64,000 bases of DNA, taken from assembly GCA_050613775.1 (NCBI GenBank), contig JBODTK010000001.1, positions 2,046,001 through 2,110,000 on the forward strand. Reading direction: 5' to 3'. The notes below the pieces were generated by a model. It was given only the letters and a program-made list of their open reading frames with translations. It did no database searches and was not told the origin of the DNA. The stretch's first letter is position 1, and every line of letters starts with the position of its first letter. The DNA comes from Neocallimastix sp. 'constans' (lineage: Eukaryota). A program made the position numbers and the translations under genes. Positions 15,168 to 25,389 of this stretch are shown in pieces.

Positions 15168-15253
15168 TTATCTAATTATTATTTTAATTTGAAATTATAT
15201 TCTTATATACTTTTACGAGTATAATAATATTATTTTTATTATTGTTATTATTA

Positions 15254-15306
<53 letters not shown>

Positions 15307-15319
15307 TCTTATTTTATAT

Positions 15320-15560
15320 ACTATTACTAAAATATTACTATTATTAAAATATTATTTATTATTATTAATTATTAATTCACTATTACTAAAATATTATTTA
15401 TTATTATTAATTATTACTTAATTCACTATTACTAAAATATTATTTATTATTATTAATTATTACTTAATTCACTATTACTAAAATATCATTTATTATTATT
15501 AATTATTACTTAATTCACCATTACTAAAATATTATTTATTATTATTATTAAAATATTATC
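15320..15560. repeat. Tandem ~44-bp AT-rich repeat in the E1 leader
   Basis: Unit aattcactattactaaaatattatttattattattaattattactt, about 4-5 copies. Confidence 0.8.
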
Positions 15561-16015
15561 TATTATTTTTTTTTTCTAAATATTATCACATATACTATTA
15601 ATAAAATATTATTTAATATTAATTTTTATACTAAACTATTACTACTTTTTATTATAATATCATTTCTTAATTAAAGGTTTATTCGTTTTTATACTGGTCC
15701 GAATTCCCAGTTGTCTTTGATTACTAATAAAGATGATAATAAAAAAAAAATTAACTATACTAATAATAATAATTAAAGACTTATTCGTTTTTATTCTGGT
15801 TCGAACTCCCAGTTACCTTTAATTATTATTTAATAATAATCATAATAATTTTAGGCGTTTTTTTTTTTTTTTTTTTTTTATATAAATTTATATATTACTA
15901 TTATAAAAAAATTAATTATTTAATTTTAATTTAATATTAATTATTTAATTGTCTTTATTTTTTAAAAAGTAAATATCAATATAAATATAAATTTCATAAT
16001 ATTCTTGGTTTGCAC

Positions 16016-16032
16016 GCCCGGATTCTCCACCA
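16016..16032 (-). promoter_or_regulatory. E1 primer-binding site, complementary to a tRNA-Ala 3' end
   Basis: Minus strand TGGTGGAGAATCCGGGC, 4 nt after the 5' LTR. The complement GCCCGGATTCTCCA-CCA has the tRNA-Ala type acceptor end (..CTCCACCA). Confidence 0.8.
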
Positions 16033-16036
16033 TTTT

Positions 16037-16655
16037 TGATACGATATTTTATTAAATACCGTATATGTTAGTTGGGCGTTTGTGCAAAAGGGAATTACTC
16101 CAAGAATATTATATTACAATAATTATATTTACTTTTTATTTATTTATCTTTTATTATTTTATTTATTATATTTTATCATAAAAAAAAATACATGTTTTAT
16201 TATTATTCCTTAAAAAAAAAAAAAAAATATTTATTTATAAATTATTTTCATAATTATATTTTTTACTAATTTTATAAATTTTATTTATCGAAACACTAAA
16301 ATTAATTAATAAATATAAATATTCATAACTTTTTTACTTATAACTATTAATTCATATTGTTTAACATTATTTAAAAATTATTTTAATATTAACATCAATT
16401 TAATTAAACATTCAATCTCCGTTATAATTAATATAACTAATTTTACTATATTATCAACAATTCTTTTAATATTTTTAATATTATTATTTAATTTAATATT
16501 TTAATAATTAATAATAATAAATTATCTTTAATAATATATTAATAATATATTTTAAGATTCATTATATAAAATTAATTTTTAATAAATATTTATATTAATA
16601 ATTTTTCTAAATAATTTTTCTATTATTTTCTATTATTTTTACTGGACATGCATCA
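16037..16655 (-). repeat. E1 5' LTR (619 bp)
   Basis: Direct repeat of 7557-8175, adjacent to the PBS. Confidence 0.96.
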
Positions 16656-16659
16656 AAAA

Positions 16660-17549
16660 TGTAAGAATCTATAATTATTTGTTAGCAAATAATTATATTT
16701 TCTTAGTTAAGTTATTATAACTATAACTTTATTTAATTACATATAATATTTATTAAATTTATTTATTTTAATTTTAAATATTCATTAATTTAACAAAATT
16801 TATTTAATTAATTTTAAATAATATATTTAAAATATGCTAAATTCTCTATTGTAACTAATGTATTTTGTATTGTATTCTGTATTTTATAATGTATTCTGTA
16901 TTTTATAATGTATTCTGTATTTTATAATGTATTCTGTATTTTATTAACTATTTAATTTTATATTTTTAATATAAGGATAAATTATATGATCGAAATATCT
17001 TTTATTATTTTATTCTTTTATTTTCGATCATTAGATTGGAAAATCGGTTAATTAAGATTTTTTCCAATTACTTTTTAGAAGTAATCGGTTTTACTTAATT
17101 AATGCGATGATCGATATGGATAGAATATCGATCGAAAACTTATCTAGGTTTTTCTATCTAATCTTTTCCTAGATAAGAGATTTGTTAAGATTAGAAAACC
17201 CTTTCTTATTTAACCTTATTTTCATAAAAAAATATAAATAAGGCTCTTGAGTTCTCTTTGAGAAATCAAGAGTTATTATTATAAAAAACATAGTTATAAT
17301 AGTAACATTTTTATATTTTTAACTTTAATAAATTAATAAAAATATTTTATTCAAAAACATATTTTTAAGATCAATTTATACAAACAATTCTTCTCTTACA
17401 TGTTGTGTTATTATTATAATTAATTTTATAATAAACTCTACATTAAAGGTAAAAAATTTATTTTATTTCATTTTCTCAACTTAATGAATTAGTCGTTAAG
17501 TTGTAGTTAATAATTCTATTTTGAGTTAGTTCTTAATAGAATTATTACA
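16660..17549 (+). repeat. E2 5' LTR (890 bp); contains 3 copies of gtattctgtattttataat-type repeat and a TATA-like box near 17233
   Basis: Direct repeat of 22910-23799. Confidence 0.96.
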
Positions 17550-17561
17550 ATAATAACTCTT
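17549..17561 (+). promoter_or_regulatory. E2 self-priming-type PBS
   Basis: No TGG tRNA PBS. AATAATAACTCTT is the exact reverse complement of AAGAGTTATTATT at 17268-17280 within the LTR. Confidence 0.8.
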
Positions 17562-17740
17562 CTTAGATTAGCTTAGGGTTAGATAAAATGTGAAAAATTT
17601 TTAGAATAGTGTAACATTGGAAATTTTATTAGTGAATTAGCCTATTGAAATTATATATATTAGAATACAATAATAATATATAGCTAGAGTGACACAAAAA
17701 AAAAAAATTTTTTTTTTTTTTTTAGCAATTTTGATTGAAA

Positions 17741-17804
<64 letters not shown>

Positions 17805-17999
17805 TAAAATTTTTTTTTTTAATAATAGAATAATAAATTAATATTTTAGAATAGTTTTAGATTATAATAATTTAATTAAAATAATTTTAGAATGAATATA
17901 ATAATATATAATAGATTAGAATTATTTTAATAATATAGAATTAATAATATAGAATAATTTTAGGTAATATAATTAAGAATAGAAAGAATAATTTAAAAT

Positions 18000-18032
<33 letters not shown>

Positions 18033-18852
18033 TATGGTAATAATAAATAAATAAAGAAATAAATAAAAACATTAAAAAATAAATTAAAAATAACAAACTG
18101 AGAAGGTAATAATACCTTCATATATAGAGTTAGCCATCTAATTGGGGATGGTGAGTACATTTTTAGGTAGTAATAAAGGAAAGGTCTCCTTTTCCTATAC
18201 CGTAGCGGTTTGTACTGTACGGAAATGCAGTATTTCACGTGAAAGTATAGGTTATCCGAATGTAGCTCTAGCGAATAAGGAACTCTTGGTCACCGAAGGC
18301 CTCGAGGTTCTTCAATACTATGTATTGAAGTAAAATTATATAGTTTTAATTTTAATAATGGGTTTTAACAGTTTGTTTATCCCAAACAAAATTGGTTATA
18401 GCAGTTATGTTTTTTTTTTATGCTTGATTATATAAAACTGCTATGGAAAACATAAAATAATTTTTTTTATGTTTTAATGGATCACTTTTGCCGGTTTTTG
18501 AATGTTGTAAGGCATAAGAAAGTGATATTGAATTTTAATTAAAATAATACTAAATATTGTATTTATGCAGAAGTTTATAATAAAGGATAAGTTTATAATA
18601 ATATTTTGTTAATCATTTTAATTTAATTTCCAAGTACGTAGTTGACCGTTACTGGTAGGCTGTAACATTAGACCTACACCTCAGCCCTTTGGTTGATAAA
18701 CCAAATGACGGTAACACGGGAAGGAAGAAATTAAAGTGTATTCTATAAAATATTTATTAATCAAAATCCTTATTATAATTCTTAATTTTGTGTAATAAAA
18801 ATGTCCATTTTGTTAACTCTATCCTATTTTTATCTATACTAAAGGCATAAAA

Positions 18853-21800
18853 ATGGATTTCAATAGTAATAAACAAGCAATTTCCTCAAGTGAAGTTAAT
18901 AATTCCTATCTCCATGATGAAAATGCATCCAAACTTATTACTGCAATTGCTGACTTCATTCCTGCTTTCTTTTCTCCTAATGGTGTCCTCCAAAAGGAAA
19001 ATGAAAGCAATAAACTAAATATCTTAGAAATTTTAATTCAAAGTGAAGATTTCTTTAAGGAGCATCCAAATTCTTTTCAAAAGGATGAACTAAAAAGTTC
19101 TTTTGTTATTAATAAACTTACTGGTACCGCCAGAAAATGGGGTCTTTCTCTTTTAACTGATGGTACTCTAAAGAACCTTGAATTTAGTAAGTTTAAGAAG
19201 CTCTTACTGGATAACTTTGATATTGGGAATGAAAGGAAGCAAAAATATGTCATCATGGAAAAGTTATGGAAATTGAAACAACTTCAACTAGGAAATGTTG
19301 CTGAATATACTATTGAATTTCGGAGATTGGCTGGACGTTTAGGATGGCCCGACGAAGTTTTAATCGATATAATCGGTAAGGGTCTACTTGACAAAGTCCG
19401 CGAAGAGTTTGATAAACTCGAAAAGCCATCTACTCTTTTTGAAGCTACCAACATTATTATTGGAATTGATAAGAAGTGTTTTTTGGAAAGTCGTCTACGC
19501 CACAATCAAAAAAATAAATTTAATGGAAAAATGTCGTTTCATAGGAAGAGAAACGATTTATTAAAATCAGAAAAGAATTCTAAACATTCTCATTTCAGAA
19601 AAAATAAGTCAAAAAACGACATACTTTCAGCAAATTACACCCCGAATATTAAAACAACAATCACAACTACCTTCTACCTTGATATTAATGGAAGAAATAT
19701 TAAGGCAAATCTATTAATTGATTCGGGTTCTGCCAGAAGTTTTATTTGTAAAAACTTCGCAAATTCTAATAAATTACCTGTGTTAGGACTCAATTCCCAA
19801 ATCAACATCCAACTTCCTAATGGGAAAAGTATGAATATCAGGCAAACTACTAAGCCCCTTAAATTAAAATTTATGGATCATAAGGAAACTTTTGAATTCT
19901 GCATTGCTAATCTATCTCTTCAGGGCATTAATGGTATTCTTGGAAGGGATTGGTTATCCGTTCACAATCCTTTCATCGATTATAAAAATAATAGAATCTA
20001 CTTCCTTGGTAGATACTGTGGCTCACATTGCCCATCCTCCAAAAGTAATAAGTTTTTTAATCAAAATAAAAATATTACTGCTTCAATGTTGGAGAATTCA
20101 GAAGAAGATTCAGTATTACCAAATTCGGCTTTTGATACAGATATCTCAGATTCTGATTTATGTGCCGCAATGATTGATTCAGAAGAAGTAAACACTGACG
20201 TTCAGGGAAAAGAAGAGATTATTAATAAATACTATTCGGATCTTAAAATAGTATTTGAAAAGAAACAAGCTGAGAACTTACCACCCCATCGTGACTATGA
20301 TATTGCTATTGAGCTTATTCCTGGTGGACAACTTTATTTTGGTCCAATATACTCTCTTACTGTACAAGAATTGAAAGCTTTAAAGGATTATATTAAGGAA
20401 AACTTAAAAAAGAAATTCATTAGGAAGTCAAAATCACCAGCAGGTGCTCCTATATTATTTGTAATGAAACGCGATGGTACCCTTAGACTCTGTGTAGATT
20501 ATCGCCGATTAAATGCTATCACAATCCGTAATAGCTACCCAATTCCACGAATAAATGACTTGATTGAATCCTTTCAAGGAGCTAAGATATTTACGCGTCT
20601 TGACCTTAGATCTGCTTATAACCTAATCAGAGTTAAAGAAGGTCACGAATATCTTACTGCTTTTAGAACCCCTTTAGGACATTTCGAATATCTCGTTATG
20701 CCTTTTGGTCTTCGAAATGCCCCTTCGGTTTTTCAACGTTTTGTACAAGATATCTTCAGTGATATCATTGGTTCTTTCATGCAAGTCTATCTGGACGACA
20801 TCATTATTTACTCTAACAACGAAGAAGAACATATTAAACATGTTAGGATCGTTCTTCAACTTCTCATCAACAATGGATTATATGCTAAATTAGAGAAATG
20901 TGACTTCCATGTTACTAAAACCACTTTCTTAGGCTTCACTGTTTCTGTAGATGGTCTCACTATGGATAAGGATAAGGTAAAATCTGTTCTGGATTGGCCT
21001 ATTCCGAAGAATCAAAAGGAATTACAAAGTTTTCTAGGCTTATGTAATTTCTATAGAAAGTTTATCAATAATTTTGCCAAAAATATGGAACCTCTTCGTC
21101 GACTTTTAAGGAAAAATACTACATTTAATTGGGATGAATCAGCAAATGAAGCTTTTAATAAATTGAAAGAATCTTTTAAAGCTGATGAAGTGCTCATTTT
21201 TCCTAATCCAGAGAAAGAATTCATCGTTGAAACAGATGCTAGCGACTTTGCTGTCGGATGCATACTTTCTCAGGTTAGTGACACTGATAACTTATTGCAT
21301 CCCGTAGCCTTCCATTCTAGATCCCTCAATAAAGCAGAAGTCAATTATACTATATATGATAAAGAACTTCTTGCTATAATTACTGCGTTTGAAACTTGGA
21401 GGCATCATTTAGAAGGCGCAAAATTTCCTGTTCAAGTAATAACAGACCACAAGAACTTATTGTATTTTAAGAAACCCCAACATTTAAATCAAAGACAAAT
21501 TCGTTGGAGTCTCTTTTTATCAAAGTTTGACTATAGGATTGCATTCAGATCAGGCGCTAAAAGTGGCAAACCAGATGCTCTTTCAAGACGCCCAGACTTT
21601 AAATCTGACTCTTCATCTGAATCACAACCTGTAATTAACAATAATGCTTTCTGTTGTGCTATAAATGACAATATTAGTAGTCTTATTGAAGCACAGAAAG
21701 CTGATAATTATTGTAAAAATATCCTCTTAAAAATAAGGGATAAGTCAAACAACATCAAAAGTTCTTTATTTTCCTTCGTCGATGGCGTACTTCACTTTCA

Positions 21801-22896
21801 GAAGCGTATTATTATCCCTTCCAGTCTCAGGGCTAGACTTTTAAAGTCTTTCCATGATGCACCCACTAGTGGCCATCAGGGGGTAGATAGGACCTTTGAA
21901 AAACTCAGAAGGAACTACTGGTGGCCTAATATGAAAAAAGATATTTCAAATTATGTGGCTTCTTGTGATGTTTGTTGTAGAAATAAAATCCGTCGTCATA
22001 AACCTTATGGTAAACTAATACCACTTCCTACTCCTACAAAACCCTGGGAAGTTATTGGCGTCGATTTTATTGTTTCATTGCCTTCTTCACAAGATTGCAC
22101 TTGTATCATGGTTGTTTCTGATCATTTAACTAAAATGATTCATTTAGTACCCTGCTCCGATGTTCCCTCTGCCGACTTAACTGCCAAGCTCTTACTTTTC
22201 CAAGTCTTTAAGTATCATGGTTTTCCTAAAGTGATTGTGTCTGATCATGGCTCCCAATTCTCTTCTCAATTTTGGACTTCGTTGTGCGATGCTATTCGTG
22301 CCAAACCAAGACTTGCTACTGCTCACCACCAACAATCAAATGGTCAGGTTGAACGGGCTAATGCTGTAATAGAGCAATATCTTCGCTGCTATTGTTCTTC
22401 TGCTCAAAACGAATGGTGTTTCTACCTCCCTTTATGTGAAATGTCCTACAACAACTCCATTCACAAATCAATATCTCAAACTCCTTTTCATGCTAACTAT
22501 GGATTTGACCCAAATTGTGTTATTGATTCACCACCGATTCTGCTAAAAGATAGTGCTTCTGTTCTTACAAGGGATTGGTCTTCACATTTCAATGCCCTTC
22601 GTCAACATTTAGTTAAAGCCAAAGAAGATTTTAAGAAATATGCTGACAATAAAAAATCTGTAGGACCTGACTTTAAGGTAAATGATTTGGTTATGCTTAG
22701 AAGATACTACTTTACGAATGAACCCTCTAGAAAATTATCCACTCAATATCTTGGACCTTTTAAAATCATCGAGAAAAGGGAAAGAATGAATTACCGTTTG
22801 GAACTTCCAGAGAATTTACATCTCCATCCGGTATTTCATATCTCACAATTGGAACCATATACTAAAAGAAATGAAGACTTAATGGAAACATCATAA
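18853..22896 (+). CDS. E2 Gag-Pol polyprotein (Gag, PR, RT, RNase H, IN with GPY/F, no chromodomain)
   Basis: LIDSGSA, LRLCVDYRRLN, YLDD, ETDASDFAVG, HDAPTSGH..CDVC, SDHGSQF, YLGPFKI..HPVFHISQLEPY. The ORF ends 11 aa later. Confidence 0.97.
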   Translation: MDFNSNKQAISSSEVNNSYLHDENASKLITAIADFIPAFFSPNGVLQKENESNKLNILEILIQSEDFFKEHPNSFQKDELKSSFVINKLTGTARKWGLSLLTDGTLKNLEFSKFKKLLLDNFDIGNERKQKYVIMEKLWKLKQLQLGNVAEYTIEFRRLAGRLGWPDEVLIDIIGKGLLDKVREEFDKLEKPSTLFEATNIIIGIDKKCFLESRLRHNQKNKFNGKMSFHRKRNDLLKSEKNSKHSHFRKNKSKNDILSANYTPNIKTTITTTFYLDINGRNIKANLLIDSGSARSFICKNFANSNKLPVLGLNSQINIQLPNGKSMNIRQTTKPLKLKFMDHKETFEFCIANLSLQGINGILGRDWLSVHNPFIDYKNNRIYFLGRYCGSHCPSSKSNKFFNQNKNITASMLENSEEDSVLPNSAFDTDISDSDLCAAMIDSEEVNTDVQGKEEIINKYYSDLKIVFEKKQAENLPPHRDYDIAIELIPGGQLYFGPIYSLTVQELKALKDYIKENLKKKFIRKSKSPAGAPILFVMKRDGTLRLCVDYRRLNAITIRNSYPIPRINDLIESFQGAKIFTRLDLRSAYNLIRVKEGHEYLTAFRTPLGHFEYLVMPFGLRNAPSVFQRFVQDIFSDIIGSFMQVYLDDIIIYSNNEEEHIKHVRIVLQLLINNGLYAKLEKCDFHVTKTTFLGFTVSVDGLTMDKDKVKSVLDWPIPKNQKELQSFLGLCNFYRKFINNFAKNMEPLRRLLRKNTTFNWDESANEAFNKLKESFKADEVLIFPNPEKEFIVETDASDFAVGCILSQVSDTDNLLHPVAFHSRSLNKAEVNYTIYDKELLAIITAFETWRHHLEGAKFPVQVITDHKNLLYFKKPQHLNQRQIRWSLFLSKFDYRIAFRSGAKSGKPDALSRRPDFKSDSSSESQPVINNNAFCCAINDNISSLIEAQKADNYCKNILLKIRDKSNNIKSSLFSFVDGVLHFQKRIIIPSSLRARLLKSFHDAPTSGHQGVDRTFEKLRRNYWWPNMKKDISNYVASCDVCCRNKIRRHKPYGKLIPLPTPTKPWEVIGVDFIVSLPSSQDCTCIMVVSDHLTKMIHLVPCSDVPSADLTAKLLLFQVFKYHGFPKVIVSDHGSQFSSQFWTSLCDAIRAKPRLATAHHQQSNGQVERANAVIEQYLRCYCSSAQNEWCFYLPLCEMSYNNSIHKSISQTPFHANYGFDPNCVIDSPPILLKDSASVLTRDWSSHFNALRQHLVKAKEDFKKYADNKKSVGPDFKVNDLVMLRRYYFTNEPSRKLSTQYLGPFKIIEKRERMNYRLELPENLHLHPVFHISQLEPYTKRNEDLMETS

Positions 22897-22909
22897 TTAA
22901 ACAGAGCAA

Positions 22910-23799
22910 TGTAAGAATCTATAATTATTTGTTAGCAAATAATTATATTTTCTTAGTTAAGTTATTATAACTATAACTTTATTTAATTACATATAATATT
23001 TATTAAATTTATTTATTTTAATTTTAAATATTCATTAATTTAACAAAATTTATTTAATTAATTTTAAATAATATATTTAAAATATGCTAAATTCTCTATT
23101 GTAACTAATGTATTTTGTATTGTATTCTGTATTTTATAATGTATTCTGTATTTTATAATGTATTCTGTATTTTATAATGTATTCTGTATTTTATTAACTA
23201 TTTAATTTTATATTTTTAATATAAGGATAAATTATATGATCGAAATATCTTTTATTATTTTATTCTTTTATTTTCGATCATTAGATTGGAAAATCGGTTA
23301 ATTAAGATTTTTTCCAATTACTTTTTAGAAGTAATCGGTTTTACTTAATTAATGCGATGATCGATATGGATAGAATATCGATCGAAAACTTATCTAGGTT
23401 TTTCTATCTAATCTTTTCCTAGATAAGAGATTTGTTAAGATTAGAAAACCCTTTCTTATTTAACCTTATTTTCATAAAAAAATATAAATAAGGCTCTTGA
23501 GTTCTCTTTGAGAAATCAAGAGTTATTATTATAAAAAACATAGTTATAATAGTAACATTTTTATATTTTTAACTTTAATAAATTAATAAAAATATTTTAT
23601 TCAAAAACATATTTTTAAGATCAATTTATACAAACAATTCTTCTCTTACATGTTGTGTTATTATTATAATTAATTTTATAATAAACTCTACATTAAAGGT
23701 AAAAAATTTATTTTATTTCATTTTCTCAACTTAATGAATTAGTCGTTAAGTTGTAGTTAATAATTCTATTTTGAGTTAGTTCTTAATAGAATTATTACA
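22910..23799 (+). repeat. E2 3' LTR (890 bp)
   Basis: Direct repeat of 16660-17549. Confidence 0.96.
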
Positions 23800-23810
23800 A
23801 AAAAATCGTG

Positions 23811-23906
23811 TAAAATAGCAGCGTAGCGCAGTGGAAGCGTGGTGGGCTCATAACCCACAGGTCGTATGATCGAAACATACCGCTGCTAGTTAAGTTTTAT
23901 TCCTAG

Positions 23907-23943
<37 letters not shown>
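23811..23943 (+). mobile_element. Retroposed pre-tRNA-iMet unit (tRNA retrocopy or minimal SINE): 6-nt leader, tRNA, 21-nt trailer, A34
   Basis: Interrupts LINE D. Followed by GGTAAAAATCGTG (23944-23956). The same 13-mer is rebuilt on the left from GGTAAAA (7550-7556) and ATCGTG (23805-23810). Confidence 0.85.
23817..23888 (+). tRNA. tRNA-iMet (CAT), eukaryotic initiator type, 72 nt, no intron, no encoded CCA
   Basis: Perfect cloverleaf: AGCAGCG/CGCTGCT, D arm GCGC/GCGT, anticodon arm GTGGG-CTCATAA-CCCAC, T arm GTATG-ATCGAAA-CATAC. Initiator hallmarks A1:U72, three G:C pairs in the anticodon stem, A54 and A60. Confidence 0.97.
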
Positions 23944-23945
<2 letters not shown>

Positions 23946-24594
23946 TAAAAATCGTGGTAATTTAAGTAATTTTCTGAATAATGAGTGTGTAAATATATAT
24001 GTGACGTGGTACCGATTATATAACTTTCTTCTTGGTGGAAGGGATGCAGACATTATAAATTTAAATTATAAAAAGGAATGGAATATTTTGTTTAAGAACC
24101 AAATCATTTCTGGTGATTATTCAAAAACGCCATTCTTGGTGCGATCTGCGGCTCTCTATACAGAAATTATGCCTCAAGCTAGTATTCGGCAAGGGTTACT
24201 ATTCCGAAAGTATAAGCGCAAACTAACCAGGAGCGTCAACGCTGAAAATGCAGTAAGACAGGCTAGCAAGGCCAATGCCTCTGAAGGAGAAGACCATAAT
24301 TTCTTTCAGATAGACAATTCAAACCCTAATCCATTAGGAGGTGAGGTTCGTTGCATATGAACTTTTTTTCTGAATTTATTTATTCACTTATTTTTTGATT
24401 ATTACTTTTTATTTCACGTTACTATTTCATTTATTATTATGTTCAAATTGGACAAATAATATTTATTTATTTTATTAATTCTGTGTTTTTTTTTTTTTTA
24501 TTTTTTATTAAAATTAAAAGTATTCATGTATTTTATATAAGAATAAATAAATAAAGATTAAAGTTCGCAATAATTGCGGCTATAAAAAAAAAAA
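23944..24594 (+). mobile_element. Right part of LINE family D: ORF C-terminus, 3' UTR, poly(A)
   Basis: YNFLLGGR..SGDYSKTPFLV..SVNAENAVRQAS..DHNF matches the C-terminus of the 51575-55996 LINE protein. A-tail at 24584-24594. Confidence 0.9.
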
Positions 24595-24797
<203 letters not shown>

Positions 24798-24960
24798 ATT
24801 TAATATATTTAATATTCAAGTTTCATGTATGTTTTAACTAAAAAAAAAAAAAAAAAAAAAAAGAATGAATACTATTTAAAAATTTATAAATGCTACTTCT
24901 TAGCGAAACTTTAACTACTTTTCAGATGAATTTTTTTTTTTTAATATTAAGAAATAAAAG

Positions 24961-25080
24961 TTGCCCCAAAAGGTATGACAATCCATTGAAAGATTCCAAG
25001 AGGAGTGATAAATGTTGTAGCTTCCTTTGTTCTTTTATCTTTTATAAGGATTTAATTGTTTGTGGCTCTAAAATCTGAGG
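24961..25080 (-). pseudogene. Small relic of a Gypsy-type RT
   Basis: Minus strand reads TKEATTFITPLGIFQWIVIPFGA (compare TAFRTPLGHFEYLVMPFG in E2), with a DFRA-N remnant nearby. Confidence 0.65.
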
Positions 25081-25389
25081 GAAAATTTCAAAATATGAAG
25101 TTAATTAAATATGTTTAAAATTATATTTATTATATTATTTCATTATTTGTAAATTAATCTTGTTATATTTGAAATATATTATTTTATTCATTGTATTATC
25201 AATAAGTCACAATTAGTGTAATTAAAATAAATTTTTGTCAAATATTTTAATACTTCGTTTAATAATTTAATGTGAGATTTATATTTTATTTAATTTTTAT
25301 TTTTTTTTATATATATATAGTTACAATAATATTGCTTTTAATTATGTTTATTAAAATAATAGATATATATATATATTATCGAAAAAGAC

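Larger units (their letters stand above)
7557..16655 (-). mobile_element. Intact Ty3/Gypsy LTR retrotransposon (element E1, 9.1 kb)
   Basis: Two 619-bp LTRs (TG..CA) that look identical by eye. gag and pol in PR-RT-RH-IN order, tRNA PBS, PPT, AAAA on both flanks. Confidence 0.97.
16660..23799 (+). mobile_element. Intact Ty3/Gypsy (Tf1/sushi-like) LTR retrotransposon (element E2, 7.1 kb)
   Basis: Two 890-bp LTRs (TGTAAG..TTACA) that look identical by eye, a single gag-pol ORF and A-tract flanks. Confidence 0.97.

Noticed and set aside
15320..16945. Short tandem repeats in the E1 leader and E2 LTR as CRISPR-like arrays
   Set aside because: No unique spacers, eukaryotic context, no cas genes
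18032..18333. Two short overlapping ORFs in the E2 leader and a CTGAGA..GAAA hammerhead-like hint
   Set aside because: No recognisable protein motifs. The CUGANGA core is not matched. The GC content is better explained by RNA structure.
23817..23888. tRNA as a captured primer of E1 or E2
   Set aside because: The E1 PBS is Ala-type and E2 appears self-priming. The tRNA is outside the LTRs, lacks CCA and has its own TSD and poly(A).
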